Source: Escherichia coli
GTDB lineage: Bacteria > Pseudomonadota > Gammaproteobacteria > Enterobacterales > Enterobacteriaceae
DNA: 64,000 nt
Assembly (NCBI RefSeq): GCF_017348835.2
Contig: NZ_CP071375.1
Direction: 5' to 3' (one strand)
This document shows positions 10,352 through 21,573 of the stretch, one piece after another; within the stretch, counting starts at the first letter, position 1; each line of letters starts with the position of its first letter. A program made the translations under genes and the position numbers. The notes under the pieces were generated by a model. The model worked only from the letters and a program-made list of their open reading frames with translations. It was not told the origin of the DNA and ran no database searches.

Positions 10352-11263
10352 TTATCCAACAAGACTTACCGGTTGAGGAAATTCAGATAGGATTTCTTGT
10401 TCCGCAAAACAGTTTTTAAATTGCCTGCGGTAATCGCTGGGCGAACAGCCGACATGGCGCAAAAACAGTTTGCCAAAGTGATCGACATTTTCATAACCCA
10501 CACGCCAGGAGATCTCTGCCTGTGATAATTCAGTATTAGTGAGTAACCATTTCGCTTCCGTCATACGCCGTTGAATAACATAGTTAATTGGGGAAATACG
10601 ATACTCTTTGGTAAATTCATGGCAAATATAACTGACGCTGGCACGAAATTTTTTCGATAACTGTTCTAAAGTGATTTTTTCGCGATAATTATTATTCAGA
10701 TAGAAAAGAATATCTTTTATCAGAACATCTTTTTTAATATACCCCTGCTCCGAACGATAAGCATTTTTAAAGTTTTCGTAGTAAAGAATTGCTAATGTAT
10801 AGGCAAATGCATCCCATAACGAAGATGTTTGGCTATTTTTACTTTGCGGCAAAATCACACTTAGCTCATTAAATAAGGTTTTAATGACTTCTTTTCCCTG
10901 CCCCGCGGCAATTACCGGACAAGAATGCGGTTGCAGTAGATGATTTTCCTCAGCCCCCTGAAACTGAAAGCCGTACAGCGCACAGGTACACGTCGTTGCC
11001 GGATCGTTAACGTCAGAGGCCACCGCATGCAGCCTGCCGCGTTCTATCACCACTATATCATCTGCATGCGCGACATATAACGAAGAATCGATGGTAAACC
11101 TTGCCACCCCTTTCTTGACGTAAATCAGCTCGGTTTCATTGTCATGAACGTGATGTCCAGACTCCCATTTTGGATCATCGCTAAATGCAAAACGTGAAAG
11201 CCGTGGCGTTTTACCGGCGACAAACAGCGTTTCACTGGCATTATCAAAACAGCGTTGATACAT
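10352..11263 (-). CDS. ydiP: AraC/XylS-family transcriptional regulator
   Basis: 303-aa ORF with C-terminal AraC HTH and N-terminal cupin-like domain. Confidence 0.85.
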   Translation of the reverse strand: MYQRCFDNASETLFVAGKTPRLSRFAFSDDPKWESGHHVHDNETELIYVKKGVARFTIDSSLYVAHADDIVVIERGRLHAVASDVNDPATTCTCALYGFQFQGAEENHLLQPHSCPVIAAGQGKEVIKTLFNELSVILPQSKNSQTSSLWDAFAYTLAILYYENFKNAYRSEQGYIKKDVLIKDILFYLNNNYREKITLEQLSKKFRASVSYICHEFTKEYRISPINYVIQRRMTEAKWLLTNTELSQAEISWRVGYENVDHFGKLFLRHVGCSPSDYRRQFKNCFAEQEILSEFPQPVSLVG

Positions 11264-11578
11264 GACAACCTCCCTATTCCATGAGCAAGCAAAAACAATA
11301 TATGCCGGATAAAATACGGCGTGTATTGCGGTTATACAACCGCGTTTAGCGAGAGCTAAACAAGATTATTTACACTGAATGCAAGATTGTACGGTCATGG
11401 AATAACTATATTGCCGCAAATTGCACTTTTGTTTTAGCGATCGCATTTTTTTTGCAAGATTGTTGGCAAGGAAAACAGCTTGCTCCGTCGAAAACCCCGC
11501 ACCGCTATCGCACACTATTTTCAGGCCATTTTTACCTTCCATCGGAGATGGTTCCGTATGCGACTCACAGGAGAAATC

Positions 11579-12343
11579 ATGAAAATAATAACCTGCTTTA
11601 AGCTGGTGCCTGAAGAACAGGACATTGTTGTCACTCCAGAATACACCCTGAATTTCGACAATGCCGACGCCAAAATCAGCCAGTTCGATCTCAATGCCAT
11701 TGAAGCTGCAAGCCAGCTTGCAACAGATGACGATGAGATAGCCGCGCTGACCGTTGGCGGCTCATTGTTGCAGAACTCGAAAGTGCGCAAAGACGTGCTA
11801 TCCCGCGGGCCGCACAGCCTGTATTTGGTGCAGGATGCGCAACTTGAACATGCACTGCCTCTCGATACCGCAAAAGCGCTGGCGGCAGCAGTTGAAAGGA
11901 TCGGCTTCGATTTACTGATCTTTGGTGAAGGTTCCGGCGACCTTTATGCCCAGCAGGTTGGCTTGCTGGTCGGAGAAATTCTGCAACTTCCGGTGATGAA
12001 TGCAGTGAGTGCTATTCAGCGTCAGGGCAATACACTGGTGATTGAACGCACGCTTGAAGATGACGTTGAAGTTATTGAACTCTCTGTTCCAGCCGTGCTC
12101 TGCGTCACCTCCGATATTAACGTGCCACGCATTCCTTCGATGAAAGCCATTCTCGGCGCGGGTAAAAAACCGGTAAATCAGTGGCAGGCAAGTGATATTG
12201 GCTGGAGCCAGAGCGCACCACTTGCTGAACTGACCGGCATTCGCGTACCGCCGCAAACAGAACGTAAGCACATCATTCTCGATAACGATTCGCCGGAGGC
12301 CATTGCCGAGCTGGCGGAACATCTGAAGAAAGCCCTGAACTGA
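11579..12343 (+). CDS. ydiQ: Electron-transfer flavoprotein beta-subunit homolog (FixA-like)
   Basis: ORF track 11480..12343; start taken at MKIITCFKLVPEEQD (254 aa). Confidence 0.85.
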   Translation: MKIITCFKLVPEEQDIVVTPEYTLNFDNADAKISQFDLNAIEAASQLATDDDEIAALTVGGSLLQNSKVRKDVLSRGPHSLYLVQDAQLEHALPLDTAKALAAAVERIGFDLLIFGEGSGDLYAQQVGLLVGEILQLPVMNAVSAIQRQGNTLVIERTLEDDVEVIELSVPAVLCVTSDINVPRIPSMKAILGAGKKPVNQWQASDIGWSQSAPLAELTGIRVPPQTERKHIILDNDSPEAIAELAEHLKKALN

Positions 12344-12362
12344 AGCCTACGGAGAAGAAACG

Positions 12363-13301
12363 ATGAGTCAATTAAACAGCGTCTGGGTCTTTAGCGATAA
12401 TCCTGAACGTTATGCTGAACTGTTTGGCGGCGCTCAGCAATGGGGCCAACAGGTGTATGCCATTGTACAAAATACCGACCAGGCGCAGGCAGTTATGCCT
12501 TATGGTCCAAAATGTATTTATGTTCTTGAGCAAAACGACGCGCTGCAACGCACTGAAAATTACGCCGAAAGCATTGCTGCTCTGCTGAAAGATAAACACC
12601 CCGCTATGTTGCTACTGGCCGCGACGAAACGTGGTAAAGCTCTGGCAGCACGGTTAAGTGTGCAACTGAATGCGGCGCTGGTGAACGATGCCACGGCGGT
12701 GGATATTGTCGATGGTCACATTTGCGCCGAACACCGGATGTATGGCGGGTTAGCGTTCGCTCAGGAAAAGATCAACAGCTCGCTGGCGATCATTACCCTT
12801 GCACCCGGTGTTCAGGAACCGTGCACCAGTGATACCTCTCATCAGTGCCCGACAGAAACGGTACCTTACGTTGCTCCGCGTCATGAAATTCTCTGTCGCG
12901 AGCGCCGTGCGAAAGCGGCAAGCAGCGTGGACCTGAGCAAAGCAAAACGTGTGGTTGGCGTCGGTCGTGGTCTGGCATCGCAGGATGACCTGAAAATGGT
13001 CCACGAACTGGCGGCGGTTCTGAATGCTGAAGTCGGCTGTTCACGTCCAATTGCCGAAGGCGAGAACTGGATGGAGCGTGAACGTTATATCGGTGTCTCC
13101 GGCGTGTTGCTGAAATCCGATCTCTACCTGACGCTGGGGATCTCCGGGCAGATCCAGCATATGGTTGGCGGCAACGGCGCAAAAGTGATTGTCGCCATCA
13201 ATAAAGATAAAAATGCGCCAATCTTCAATTATGCCGACTACGGTCTGGTGGGCGATATCTACAAAGTCGTCCCTGCCCTGATTAGCCAGTTGAGCCGCTA
13301 A
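12363..13301 (+). CDS. ydiR: Electron-transfer flavoprotein alpha-subunit homolog (FixB-like)
   Basis: 312-aa ORF of the EtfA family. Confidence 0.9.
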   Translation: MSQLNSVWVFSDNPERYAELFGGAQQWGQQVYAIVQNTDQAQAVMPYGPKCIYVLEQNDALQRTENYAESIAALLKDKHPAMLLLAATKRGKALAARLSVQLNAALVNDATAVDIVDGHICAEHRMYGGLAFAQEKINSSLAIITLAPGVQEPCTSDTSHQCPTETVPYVAPRHEILCRERRAKAASSVDLSKAKRVVGVGRGLASQDDLKMVHELAAVLNAEVGCSRPIAEGENWMERERYIGVSGVLLKSDLYLTLGISGQIQHMVGGNGAKVIVAINKDKNAPIFNYADYGLVGDIYKVVPALISQLSR

Positions 13302-13356
13302 TTCCCCTTTCAACCACATCTCCCGCTGTAAACGCAGCGGGAAGGGAGCATAACGC

Positions 13357-14646
13357 ATGTCGGATGACAAATTTGATGCCATTGTGGTCGGTGCGGGCGT
13401 TGCTGGTAGCGTTGCCGCACTGGTCATGGCGCGAGCCGGGCTGGATGTCCTGGTGATAGAACGCGGCGACAGTGCCGGATGTAAAAACATGACCGGCGGG
13501 CGTCTTTATGCCCACACACTTGAAGCGATTATTCCAGGCTTTGCAGCATCAGCGCCGGTAGAACGCAAGGTCACACGCGAGAAAATCTCCTTCTTAACCG
13601 AAGAGAGCGCCGTTACCCTCGATTTTCACCGCGAGCAACCAGATGTTCCACAACACGCATCTTATACCGTATTGCGTAATCGTCTGGACCCGTGGTTGAT
13701 TGAACAAGCCGAGCAGGCGGGCACGCAGTTTATCCCGGGAGTTCGCGTCGATGCGCTGGTTCGTGAAGGAAACAAGGTCACTGGCGTCCAGGCTGGGGAT
13801 GATATTCTCGAAGCGAATGTGGTGATTCTGGCTGATGGCGTTAACTCGATGCTTGGCCGTTCGCTGGGAATGGTTCCCGCTTCCGATCCGCATCATTACG
13901 CTGTTGGTGTTAAAGAGGTTATTGGCCTGACACCAGAACAGATCAACGATCGCTTTAATATTACGGGCGAGGAAGGTGCCGCCTGGCTGTTTGCCGGTTC
14001 CCCTTCTGACGGCCTGATGGGTGGCGGATTCCTCTATACCAATAAGGATTCCATATCGTTGGGGCTGGTTTGTGGATTGGGTGATATCGCCCATGCGCAA
14101 AAAAGCGTGCCGCAAATGCTGGAAGATTTTAAACAACACCCCGCCATTCGCCCGCTGATTAGCGGCGGTAAACTGCTTGAATATTCCGCGCATATGGTGC
14201 CGGAAGGCGGTCTGGCAATGGTGCCGCAGCTGGTTAACGAGGGCGTGATGATCGTTGGTGACGCCGCAGGCTTCTGCCTGAATTTGGGTTTTACGGTCCG
14301 CGGCATGGATTTAGCCATTGCATCGGCTCAGGCTGCCGCCACAACGGTGATCGCCGCCAAAGAACGCGCGGATTTCTCCGCCAGCAGTCTTGCGCAATAC
14401 AAACGTGAGCTGGAACAAAGTTGTGTTATGCGCGATATGCAGCATTTTCGCAAGATCCCGGCGCTGATGGAAAACCCGCGCCTGTTTAGTCAGTATCCGC
14501 GCATGGTCGCCGACATCATGAACGAGATGTTCACCATTGACGGCAAACCAAACCAGCCGGTACGAAAAATGATCATGGGACATGCGAAGAAAATTGGGCT
14601 GATCAACTTGCTGAAAGATGGCATTAAGGGAGCAACCGCGCTATGA
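13357..14646 (+). CDS. ydiS: FAD-dependent ETF-quinone oxidoreductase homolog (FixC-like)
   Basis: 429-aa ORF with N-terminal FAD fold motif VVGAGVAGS. Confidence 0.9.
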   Translation: MSDDKFDAIVVGAGVAGSVAALVMARAGLDVLVIERGDSAGCKNMTGGRLYAHTLEAIIPGFAASAPVERKVTREKISFLTEESAVTLDFHREQPDVPQHASYTVLRNRLDPWLIEQAEQAGTQFIPGVRVDALVREGNKVTGVQAGDDILEANVVILADGVNSMLGRSLGMVPASDPHHYAVGVKEVIGLTPEQINDRFNITGEEGAAWLFAGSPSDGLMGGGFLYTNKDSISLGLVCGLGDIAHAQKSVPQMLEDFKQHPAIRPLISGGKLLEYSAHMVPEGGLAMVPQLVNEGVMIVGDAAGFCLNLGFTVRGMDLAIASAQAAATTVIAAKERADFSASSLAQYKRELEQSCVMRDMQHFRKIPALMENPRLFSQYPRMVADIMNEMFTIDGKPNQPVRKMIMGHAKKIGLINLLKDGIKGATAL

Positions 14647-14936
14647 GCCAGAACGCTACGGTTAACGTCGACATCAAATTAGGCGTCAATAAATTCCATG
14701 TTGATGAGGGCCACCCGCATATCATTTTGGCGGCAAATCCCGATATCAATGAATTCCGTAAATTAATGAAAGCCTGCCCTGCCGGACTTTATAAGCAGGA
14801 TGACGCCGGCAACATTCATTTTGATTCTGCCGGTTGTCTGGAGTGCGGCACCTGTCGGGTGCTGTGCGGTAACACTATTCTCGAACAGTGGCAATATCCC
14901 GCAGGCACCTTCGGTATTGATTTTCGCTACGGCTAA
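14643..14936 (+). CDS. ydiT: Ferredoxin-like protein (FixX-like)
   Basis: 97-aa ORF with Cys cluster CLECGTCRVLC; 4-bp overlap with the ydiS stop. Confidence 0.9.
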   Translation: MSQNATVNVDIKLGVNKFHVDEGHPHIILAANPDINEFRKLMKACPAGLYKQDDAGNIHFDSAGCLECGTCRVLCGNTILEQWQYPAGTFGIDFRYG

Positions 14937-14989
14937 TCATGCATCCCACAGGCCCGCATCTCGGGCCTGATGTTCTGTTTCGAGAGTCC

Positions 14990-16638
14990 AAAATGAAAGT
15001 GACATTAACGTTTAACGAACAACGTCGTGCGGCGTATCGTCAGCAAGGGCTATGGGGCGATGCTTCGCTGGCCGATTACTGGCAGCAGACCGCTCGTGCG
15101 ATGCCAGACAAAATTGCCGTGGTCGATAATCATGGAGCATCGTACACCTATAGCGCGCTCGATCACGCCGCGAGCTGTCTGGCAAACTGGATGTTAGCGA
15201 AGGGTATTGAATCAGGCGATCGCATCGCATTTCAACTGCCAGGCTGGTGTGAATTTACCGTTATCTATCTTGCCTGCCTGAAAATCGGTGCGGTTTCCGT
15301 ACCGCTGTTGCCTTCCTGGCGGGAAGCAGAACTGGTATGGGTGCTCAATAAGTGTCAGGCAAAATGTTCTTTGCACCGACGTTGTTTAAACAAACGCGTC
15401 CGGTAGATTTAATCCTGCCGCTGCAAAATCAGCTTCCACAACTTCAACAAATTGTCGGCGTGGACAAACTGGCTCCCGCCACCTCTTCCCTCTCATTAAG
15501 TCAGATTATCGCCGACAATACCCCACTGACCACGGCGATAACGACCCACGGCGATGAATTAGATGCGGTGCTGTTTACCTCCGGAACCGAGGGTCTGCCA
15601 AAGGGCGTGATGCTTACGCATAACAATATTCTCGCCAGTGAGCGGGCTTATTGCGCGCGGCTGAATCTGACCTGGCAGGATGTCTTTATGATGCCTGCGC
15701 CACTCGGCCACGCAACGGGCTTTCTGCATGGCGTAACGGCACCATTTTTGATTGGTGCTCGCAGCGTGTTGTTAGATATTTTCACTCCTGATGCGTGTCT
15801 CGCGCTGCTTGAGCAGCAGCGTTGCACCTGTATGCTCGGCGCAACGCCGTTTGTCTATGATCTTTTGAATTTAGTAGAGAAACAACCCGCAGACCTTTCA
15901 GCGCTGCGCTTCTTTCTTTGCGGCGGTACCACAATCCCCAAAAAAGTGGCGCGTGAATGCCAGCAGCGCGGCATTAAATTATTAAGTGTTTATGGTTCCA
16001 CAGAAAGTTCGCCGCATGCGGTGGTGAATCTCGATGATCCTTTGTCGCGCTTTATGCACACCGATGGTTACGCTGCCGCAGGTGTAGAGATTAAAGTGGT
16101 CGATGACGCACGCAAGACCTTACCGCCAGGTTGCGAAGGTGAAGAAGCCTCGCGTGGCCCCAATGTGTTTATGGGGTATTTTGATGAACCTGAATTAACC
16201 GCCCGTGCCCTGGATGAAGAAGGCTGGTATTACAGCGGCGATCTCTGCCGCATGGATGAGGCTGGCTATATAAAAATTACCGGACGCAAAAAAGATATTA
16301 TTGTCCGCGGCGGCGAAAATATTAGCAGCCGTGAAGTGGAAGATATTTTATTGCAGCATCCTAAAATTCACGATGCCTGTGTGGTTGCAATGCCCGATGA
16401 ACGTTTAGGTGAACGATCATGCGCTTATGTCGTGCTGAAAGCGCCGCATCATTCATTATCGCTGGAAGAGGTGGTGGCTTTTTTTAGCCGTAAACGGGTC
16501 GCAAAATATAAATATCCTGAACATATCGTGGTAATCGAAAAACTACCGCGCACTGCCTCAGGTAAAATACAAAAGTTTTTGTTAAGGAAAGATATTATGC
16601 GGCGATTAACTCAGGATGTCTGTGAAGAGATTGAATAA
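14990..16638 (+). pseudogene. fadK: Short-chain acyl-CoA synthetase fadK, disrupted by a -1 frameshift
   Basis: N-terminal frame (track 14939..15406) and C-terminal frame (track 15352..16638) are both FadK sequence but in different frames; they join at ..NKCQAK / MFFAPTLFKQ across the run GGCAAAATGTTC at 15359-15370. Confidence 0.7.
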
Positions 16639-16663
16639 GTTTCATCTTCGGGGATCACATAAA

Positions 16664-16700
16664 CCCGGCGACAAAACGCCGCCGGGTATTTATTTTATTT
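16664..16700 (+). terminator. Putative fadK terminator in the fadK/ppsA convergent gap
   Basis: Hairpin CCCGGCG-acaaaa-CGCCGGG followed by TATTTATTTTATTT. Confidence 0.5.
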
Positions 16701-19073
16701 CTTCAGTTCAGCCAGGCTTAACCAGGTTTGCACCACGGTGTCCGGATTCAGAGACAGGCTATCGATCCCCTCTTCCATCAACCATGCGGCAAAGTCTTCG
16801 TGGTCGGACGGACCCTGACCGCAAATCCCGACATATTTGCCCTGTTTCTTCGCGGCACGGATAGCCATCGACAGCAATGCTTTCACCGCATCGTTGCGCT
16901 CATCGAACAATTCAGACACCACGCCGGAGTCACGATCCAGACCGAGCGCTAGCTGCGTCATGTCGTTTGAGCCAATTGAGAAGCCGTCGAAATATTCGAG
17001 GAACTGCTCGGCCAGCAAGGCGTTGGACGGGATTTCACACATCATGATGATTTTCAGCCCGTTCTCACCACGCTTCAGCCCCTGACGCGCCAGTTCCTCA
17101 ACCACCGCTTTCGCCTGATCTACGGTACGCACGAACGGGATCATGATCTCAACGTTGGTCAGCCCCATGTCGTTGCGCACACGTTTCACTGCTTCACACT
17201 CCAGCGCGAAACAGTCGCGGAAGCTGTCGGAAACATAGCGTCCCGCGCCACGGAAGCCGAGCATCGGGTTCTCTTCATCTGGCTCATAACGCTCACCACC
17301 GACCAGGTTGGCATATTCGTTCGATTTAAAATCAGAGAGACGGACAATGACGCGCTTCGGATAAAACGCGGCACCCAGCGTCGCGATCCCTTCAGTCAGA
17401 CGACCAACGTAAAATTCACGCGGAGAATCAAAACCTTTCATCATCTCGCGGATTTCGTTTTGCAACTGCGGTTCCTGATCGTCAAACTCAAGCAGTGCGC
17501 GTGGGTGGACGCCAATCATACGGTTGATGATAAATTCCAGACGCGCAAGTCCCACGCCTTCGTTCGGCAGACAGGCGAAGTCGAAAGCTCGGTCCGGGTT
17601 ACCGACGTTCATCATCACTTTCAACGGCAGATCCGGCATCGTTTCTACGCTGGAGCTTTTCACGCTAAATTCCAGCAACTCCGCATAGACGTAACCGGTA
17701 TCACCTTCGGCACAAGAAACAGTGACGTTCTCACCGTCTTTCATCCGTTCTGTTGCATCACCACAGCCCACTACCGCCGGAATGCCCAGTTCACGAGCGA
17801 TGATCGCCGCGTGACAGGTACGACCGCCACGGTTGGTGACGATGGCAGATGCTTTCTTCATGATCGGTTCCCAGTCCGGGTCGGTCATGTCAGTGACCAG
17901 CACGTCACCAGGTTCGATGCGGTTCATTTCGCTGATATCATGGATGACTTTCACCGGACCCGCACCGATGCGATGACCGATAGCACGGCCTTCGGCGATA
18001 ATCTTACCCTGTGAATGCAGCGTATAACGCTCCATGACCTGACCGCGTGAGCGCACGGTTTCCGGACGCGCCTGCACAATGAACAGTTTACCGGTGTGGC
18101 CATCTTTCGCCCACTCAATATCCATCGGGCGACCGTAGTGTTTCTCAATTTGTACGGCCTGTTTTGCCAGTTCCTGCACTTCTTCGTTGGTCAGCGAGAA
18201 GATGTCACGCTGTTCCTGCGGTACGTCTTCGATTTTAACCTGCTTGCCGTGCTCCTGGGTCGGCGCGTAAACCATGCGGATTTTTTTCGACCCCATGGTG
18301 CGGCGCACGATAGCCGGGCGATTCGCCGCCAGTGTCGGTTTATGCACGTAAAACTCATCCGGGTTAACCGCACCCTGCACGACCATCTCACCAAGGCCCC
18401 ATGCGGATGTGATAAACACCACCTGGTCAAAGCCGGATTCGGTATCAATGGAGAACATCACGCCAGATGATGCGAGGTCAGAGCGCACCATCCGTTGAAC
18501 ACCGGCGGAGAGCGCCACACCACGGTGATCGTAACCCTGGTGCACACGATAAGAGATGGCGCGATCGTTAAACAGAGAAGCAAATACATGTTTCACTGCC
18601 ACGAGAACGGCGTCAAAACCCTGAACGTTGAGGAAGGTTTCCTGCTGACCGGCAAAAGAAGCGTCCGGCATATCTTCTGCGGTGGCGGAGGAGCGCACCG
18701 CAAAAGAGGCATTTTCGTCATCAGCGGAAAGCTGTGCATAGGCTTCTCGGATGGCGTTTTCCAGCTCAGGCTGGAAGGGAGTGTCGATAATCCACTGGCG
18801 GATTTGCGCGCCCGCTTTCGCAAGCTGAGTAACATCGTCAATATCCGTTTTATCCAGCAGTTCATAAATGCGCTGGTTTACGCCGCTTTGGTCCAGAAAC
18901 TGGTTAAACGCGTCGGCGGTTGTGGCGAAACCATTCGGAACGGAAACACCCATTCCGGAAAGGTTAGTAATCATTTCACCCAGGGAGGCATTTTTGCCCC
19001 CAACCCTGTCTACATCATTCATGCCGAGTTGGTTATACCAAAGCACCAGCGGTGACGAGCCATTGTTGGACAT
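16695..19073 (-). CDS. ppsA: Phosphoenolpyruvate synthase
   Basis: 792-aa ORF; sequence matches PpsA. Confidence 0.95.
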   Translation of the reverse strand: MSNNGSSPLVLWYNQLGMNDVDRVGGKNASLGEMITNLSGMGVSVPNGFATTADAFNQFLDQSGVNQRIYELLDKTDIDDVTQLAKAGAQIRQWIIDTPFQPELENAIREAYAQLSADDENASFAVRSSATAEDMPDASFAGQQETFLNVQGFDAVLVAVKHVFASLFNDRAISYRVHQGYDHRGVALSAGVQRMVRSDLASSGVMFSIDTESGFDQVVFITSAWGLGEMVVQGAVNPDEFYVHKPTLAANRPAIVRRTMGSKKIRMVYAPTQEHGKQVKIEDVPQEQRDIFSLTNEEVQELAKQAVQIEKHYGRPMDIEWAKDGHTGKLFIVQARPETVRSRGQVMERYTLHSQGKIIAEGRAIGHRIGAGPVKVIHDISEMNRIEPGDVLVTDMTDPDWEPIMKKASAIVTNRGGRTCHAAIIARELGIPAVVGCGDATERMKDGENVTVSCAEGDTGYVYAELLEFSVKSSSVETMPDLPLKVMMNVGNPDRAFDFACLPNEGVGLARLEFIINRMIGVHPRALLEFDDQEPQLQNEIREMMKGFDSPREFYVGRLTEGIATLGAAFYPKRVIVRLSDFKSNEYANLVGGERYEPDEENPMLGFRGAGRYVSDSFRDCFALECEAVKRVRNDMGLTNVEIMIPFVRTVDQAKAVVEELARQGLKRGENGLKIIMMCEIPSNALLAEQFLEYFDGFSIGSNDMTQLALGLDRDSGVVSELFDERNDAVKALLSMAIRAAKKQGKYVGICGQGPSDHEDFAAWLMEEGIDSLSLNPDTVVQTWLSLAELKK

Positions 19074-19158
19074 CGAACAATCCTTTTGTGATAAATGAAC
19101 GGTTTGAGAAACACATTTCTGCGCATTTATCTTTGCATATTTAACCGGATGAAAAAAA

Positions 19159-19174
19159 CGGTGAATCGTTCAAG
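19159..19174. promoter_or_regulatory. Putative Cra (FruR) site in the ppsA promoter region
   Basis: GGTGAATCGTTCAAGC resembles the Cra consensus and lies about 90 bp upstream of ppsA. Confidence 0.35.
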
Positions 19175-19405
19175 CAAATATATTTTTTTACTTTTTAAGA
19201 CTGATCCCAGCGTTGCGCAAATCTGCTCTCTTCGACAATTTCCACATAAACCATCGGTATAAACGAAACCATAAAAATGAAATGCTGTTTTCATAAAAAA
19301 TAAAATTGAAGGTTCATTTTATAAACCAGACATAACGTTCTACGCTTCTGTGCGTTTTTAATTTATGCTTTCATAGAATTATGTCTGCATCACGGGAAGA
19401 ACAAA

Positions 19406-20239
19406 ATGGATAATGCTGTTGATCGCCACGTTTTTTATATTTCTGATGGTACGGCAATAACTGCGGAGGTATTAGGACACGCAGTAATGTCACAATTTCC
19501 CGTCACTATCAGCAGCATCACGCTGCCGTTTGTCGAAAATGAGAGCCGTGCACGGGCAGTGAAGGATCAGATTGACGCAATTTATCACCAGACAGGCGTG
19601 CGCCCGCTGGTCTTCTACTCCATCGTGTTGCCGGAGATTCGCGCCATCATCTTGCAAAGTGAAGGCTTTTGCCAGGATATCGTTCAGGCGCTGGTTGCCC
19701 CGCTACAACAAGAGATGAAACTGGATCCAACGCCGATTGCTCATCGTACCCATGGCCTTAACCCTAATAATCTCAATAAATATGATGCGCGCATTGCGGC
19801 GATTGATTACACCCTCGCCCACGATGACGGCATTTCGTTGCGCAATCTGGATCAGGCTCAGGTGATCCTGCTCGGTGTTTCTCGCTGTGGTAAAACCCCC
19901 ACCAGTCTGTATCTGGCAATGCAATTTGGTATCCGCGCGGCAAACTACCCCTTTATTGCCGACGATATGGATAATCTGGTGCTACCCGCGTCGCTCAAAC
20001 CGCTTCAGCATAAATTGTTCGGCCTGACTATCGACCCGGAACGTCTGGCGGCGATTCGCGAGGAGCGTCGGGAGAACAGTCGCTATGCCTCGCTTCGTCA
20101 GTGCAGGATGGAAGTCGCGGAAGTGGAAGCCTTGTACCGTAAAAATCAGATCCCGTGGATTAACAGTACCAATTATTCGGTAGAAGAGATTGCCACCAAG
20201 ATCCTCGATATCATGGGCCTTAGTCGCCGAATGTACTAG
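19406..20239 (+). CDS. ppsR: PEP synthase regulatory protein (bifunctional kinase/pyrophosphorylase)
   Basis: 277-aa ORF, divergent from ppsA. Confidence 0.9.
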
Positions 20240-20250
20240 AGAACTAGTAC
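20233..20250. promoter_or_regulatory. TrpR operator of aroH
   Basis: Near-palindrome GTACTAGAGAACTAGTAC (trp-operator type) overlapping the ppsR stop codon. Confidence 0.6.
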
Positions 20251-20395
20251 ATTAGCTTATTTTTTTGTTATCATGCTAACCACCCGGCGAGGTGTGACAC
20301 ACCTCGCACTTGAAATCAGCAGCGATTGGTTTATCGTGATGCGCATCACTTCCCGGCAGTCCTGCCGTAGAAGCAACAAATTTCTGAGACTTGTA

Positions 20396-21442
20396 ATGAA
20401 CAGAACTGACGAACTCCGTACTGCGCGTATTGAGAGCCTGGTAACGCCCGCCGAACTCGCGCTACGGTATCCCGTAACGCCTGGCGTCGCCACCCATGTC
20501 ACCGACTCCCGCCGCAGAATTGAAAAAATACTGAATGGTGAAGATAAGCGACTGTTGGTCATTATTGGCCCCTGCTCGATCCACGATCTCACCGCTGCAA
20601 TGGAGTACGCCACCCGTCTGCAGTCGCTGCGCAACCAGTACCAGTCACGGCTGGAAATCGTAATGCGCACCTATTTTGAAAAACCACGAACTGTTGTCGG
20701 CTGGAAAGGACTAATCTCCGATCCAGATTTAAACGGCAGCTATCGGGTAAATCACGGTCTGGAGCTGGCGCGCAAATTACTTTTACAGGTAAATGAGCTG
20801 GGCGTCCCAACCGCGACTGAGTTCCTCGATATGGTGACCGGTCAGTTTATTGCTGATTTAATCAGTTGGGGCGCGATTGGCGCACGTACTACCGAAAGTC
20901 AGATCCACCGTGAAATGGCTTCGGCACTCTCCTGTCCGGTAGGTTTTAAAAATGGTACCGATGGCAACACGCGGATTGCTGTGGATGCTATCCGCGCAGC
21001 CCGCGCCAGCCATATGTTCCTCTCGCCAGACAAAAATGGTCAGATGACCATCTATCAGACCAGCGGCAACCCGTATGGCCACATTATTATGCGTGGCGGC
21101 AAAAAACCGAATTATCATGCCGATGATATCGCCGCAGCCTGCGATACACTGCACGAGTTTGATTTACCTGAACATCTGGTGGTGGATTTCAGCCACGGTA
21201 ACTGCCAGAAGCAGCACCGTCGCCAGTTAGAAGTTTGTGAGGATATTTGTCAGCAAATCCGCAATGGCTCTACGGCGATTGCTGGAATTATGGCGGAAAG
21301 TTTCCTGCGCGAAGGAACGCAAAAAATCGTCGGCAGTCAGCCGCTCACTTACGGTCAATCCATTACCGACCCGTGTCTGGGCTGGGAAGATACCGAACGC
21401 CTGGTCGAAAAACTCGCCTCTGCGGTAGATACCCGCTTCTGA
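20396..21442 (+). CDS. aroH: DAHP synthase, Trp-sensitive
   Basis: ORF track 20273..21442; start taken at MNRTDELRTARIESL (348 aa). Confidence 0.9.
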   Translation: MNRTDELRTARIESLVTPAELALRYPVTPGVATHVTDSRRRIEKILNGEDKRLLVIIGPCSIHDLTAAMEYATRLQSLRNQYQSRLEIVMRTYFEKPRTVVGWKGLISDPDLNGSYRVNHGLELARKLLLQVNELGVPTATEFLDMVTGQFIADLISWGAIGARTTESQIHREMASALSCPVGFKNGTDGNTRIAVDAIRAARASHMFLSPDKNGQMTIYQTSGNPYGHIIMRGGKKPNYHADDIAAACDTLHEFDLPEHLVVDFSHGNCQKQHRRQLEVCEDICQQIRNGSTAIAGIMAESFLREGTQKIVGSQPLTYGQSITDPCLGWEDTERLVEKLASAVDTRF

Positions 21443-21533
21443 ATGCGTGCCCATTCCTGATGGGATGGGCATTTCTGCGCAACTTGTTGTCTTCTCAACA
21501 CATTACTGCTTGCTCTGGTCAGCTATAATACTG

Positions 21534-21552
21534 ATAATAAGAATCATTGTTA
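21534..21552. promoter_or_regulatory. Putative Fur box upstream of ydiE
   Basis: GATAATAAGAATCATTGTT closely matches the Fur consensus GATAATGATAATCATTATC. Confidence 0.5.
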
Positions 21553-21573
21553 TATCAATTATTATTAATTTTT

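Noticed and set aside
16616-16864. 82-aa ORF bridging the fadK 3' end and the ppsA 3' end
   Set aside because: Runs across a convergent terminator region and into the antisense strand of ppsA; not credible as a gene.
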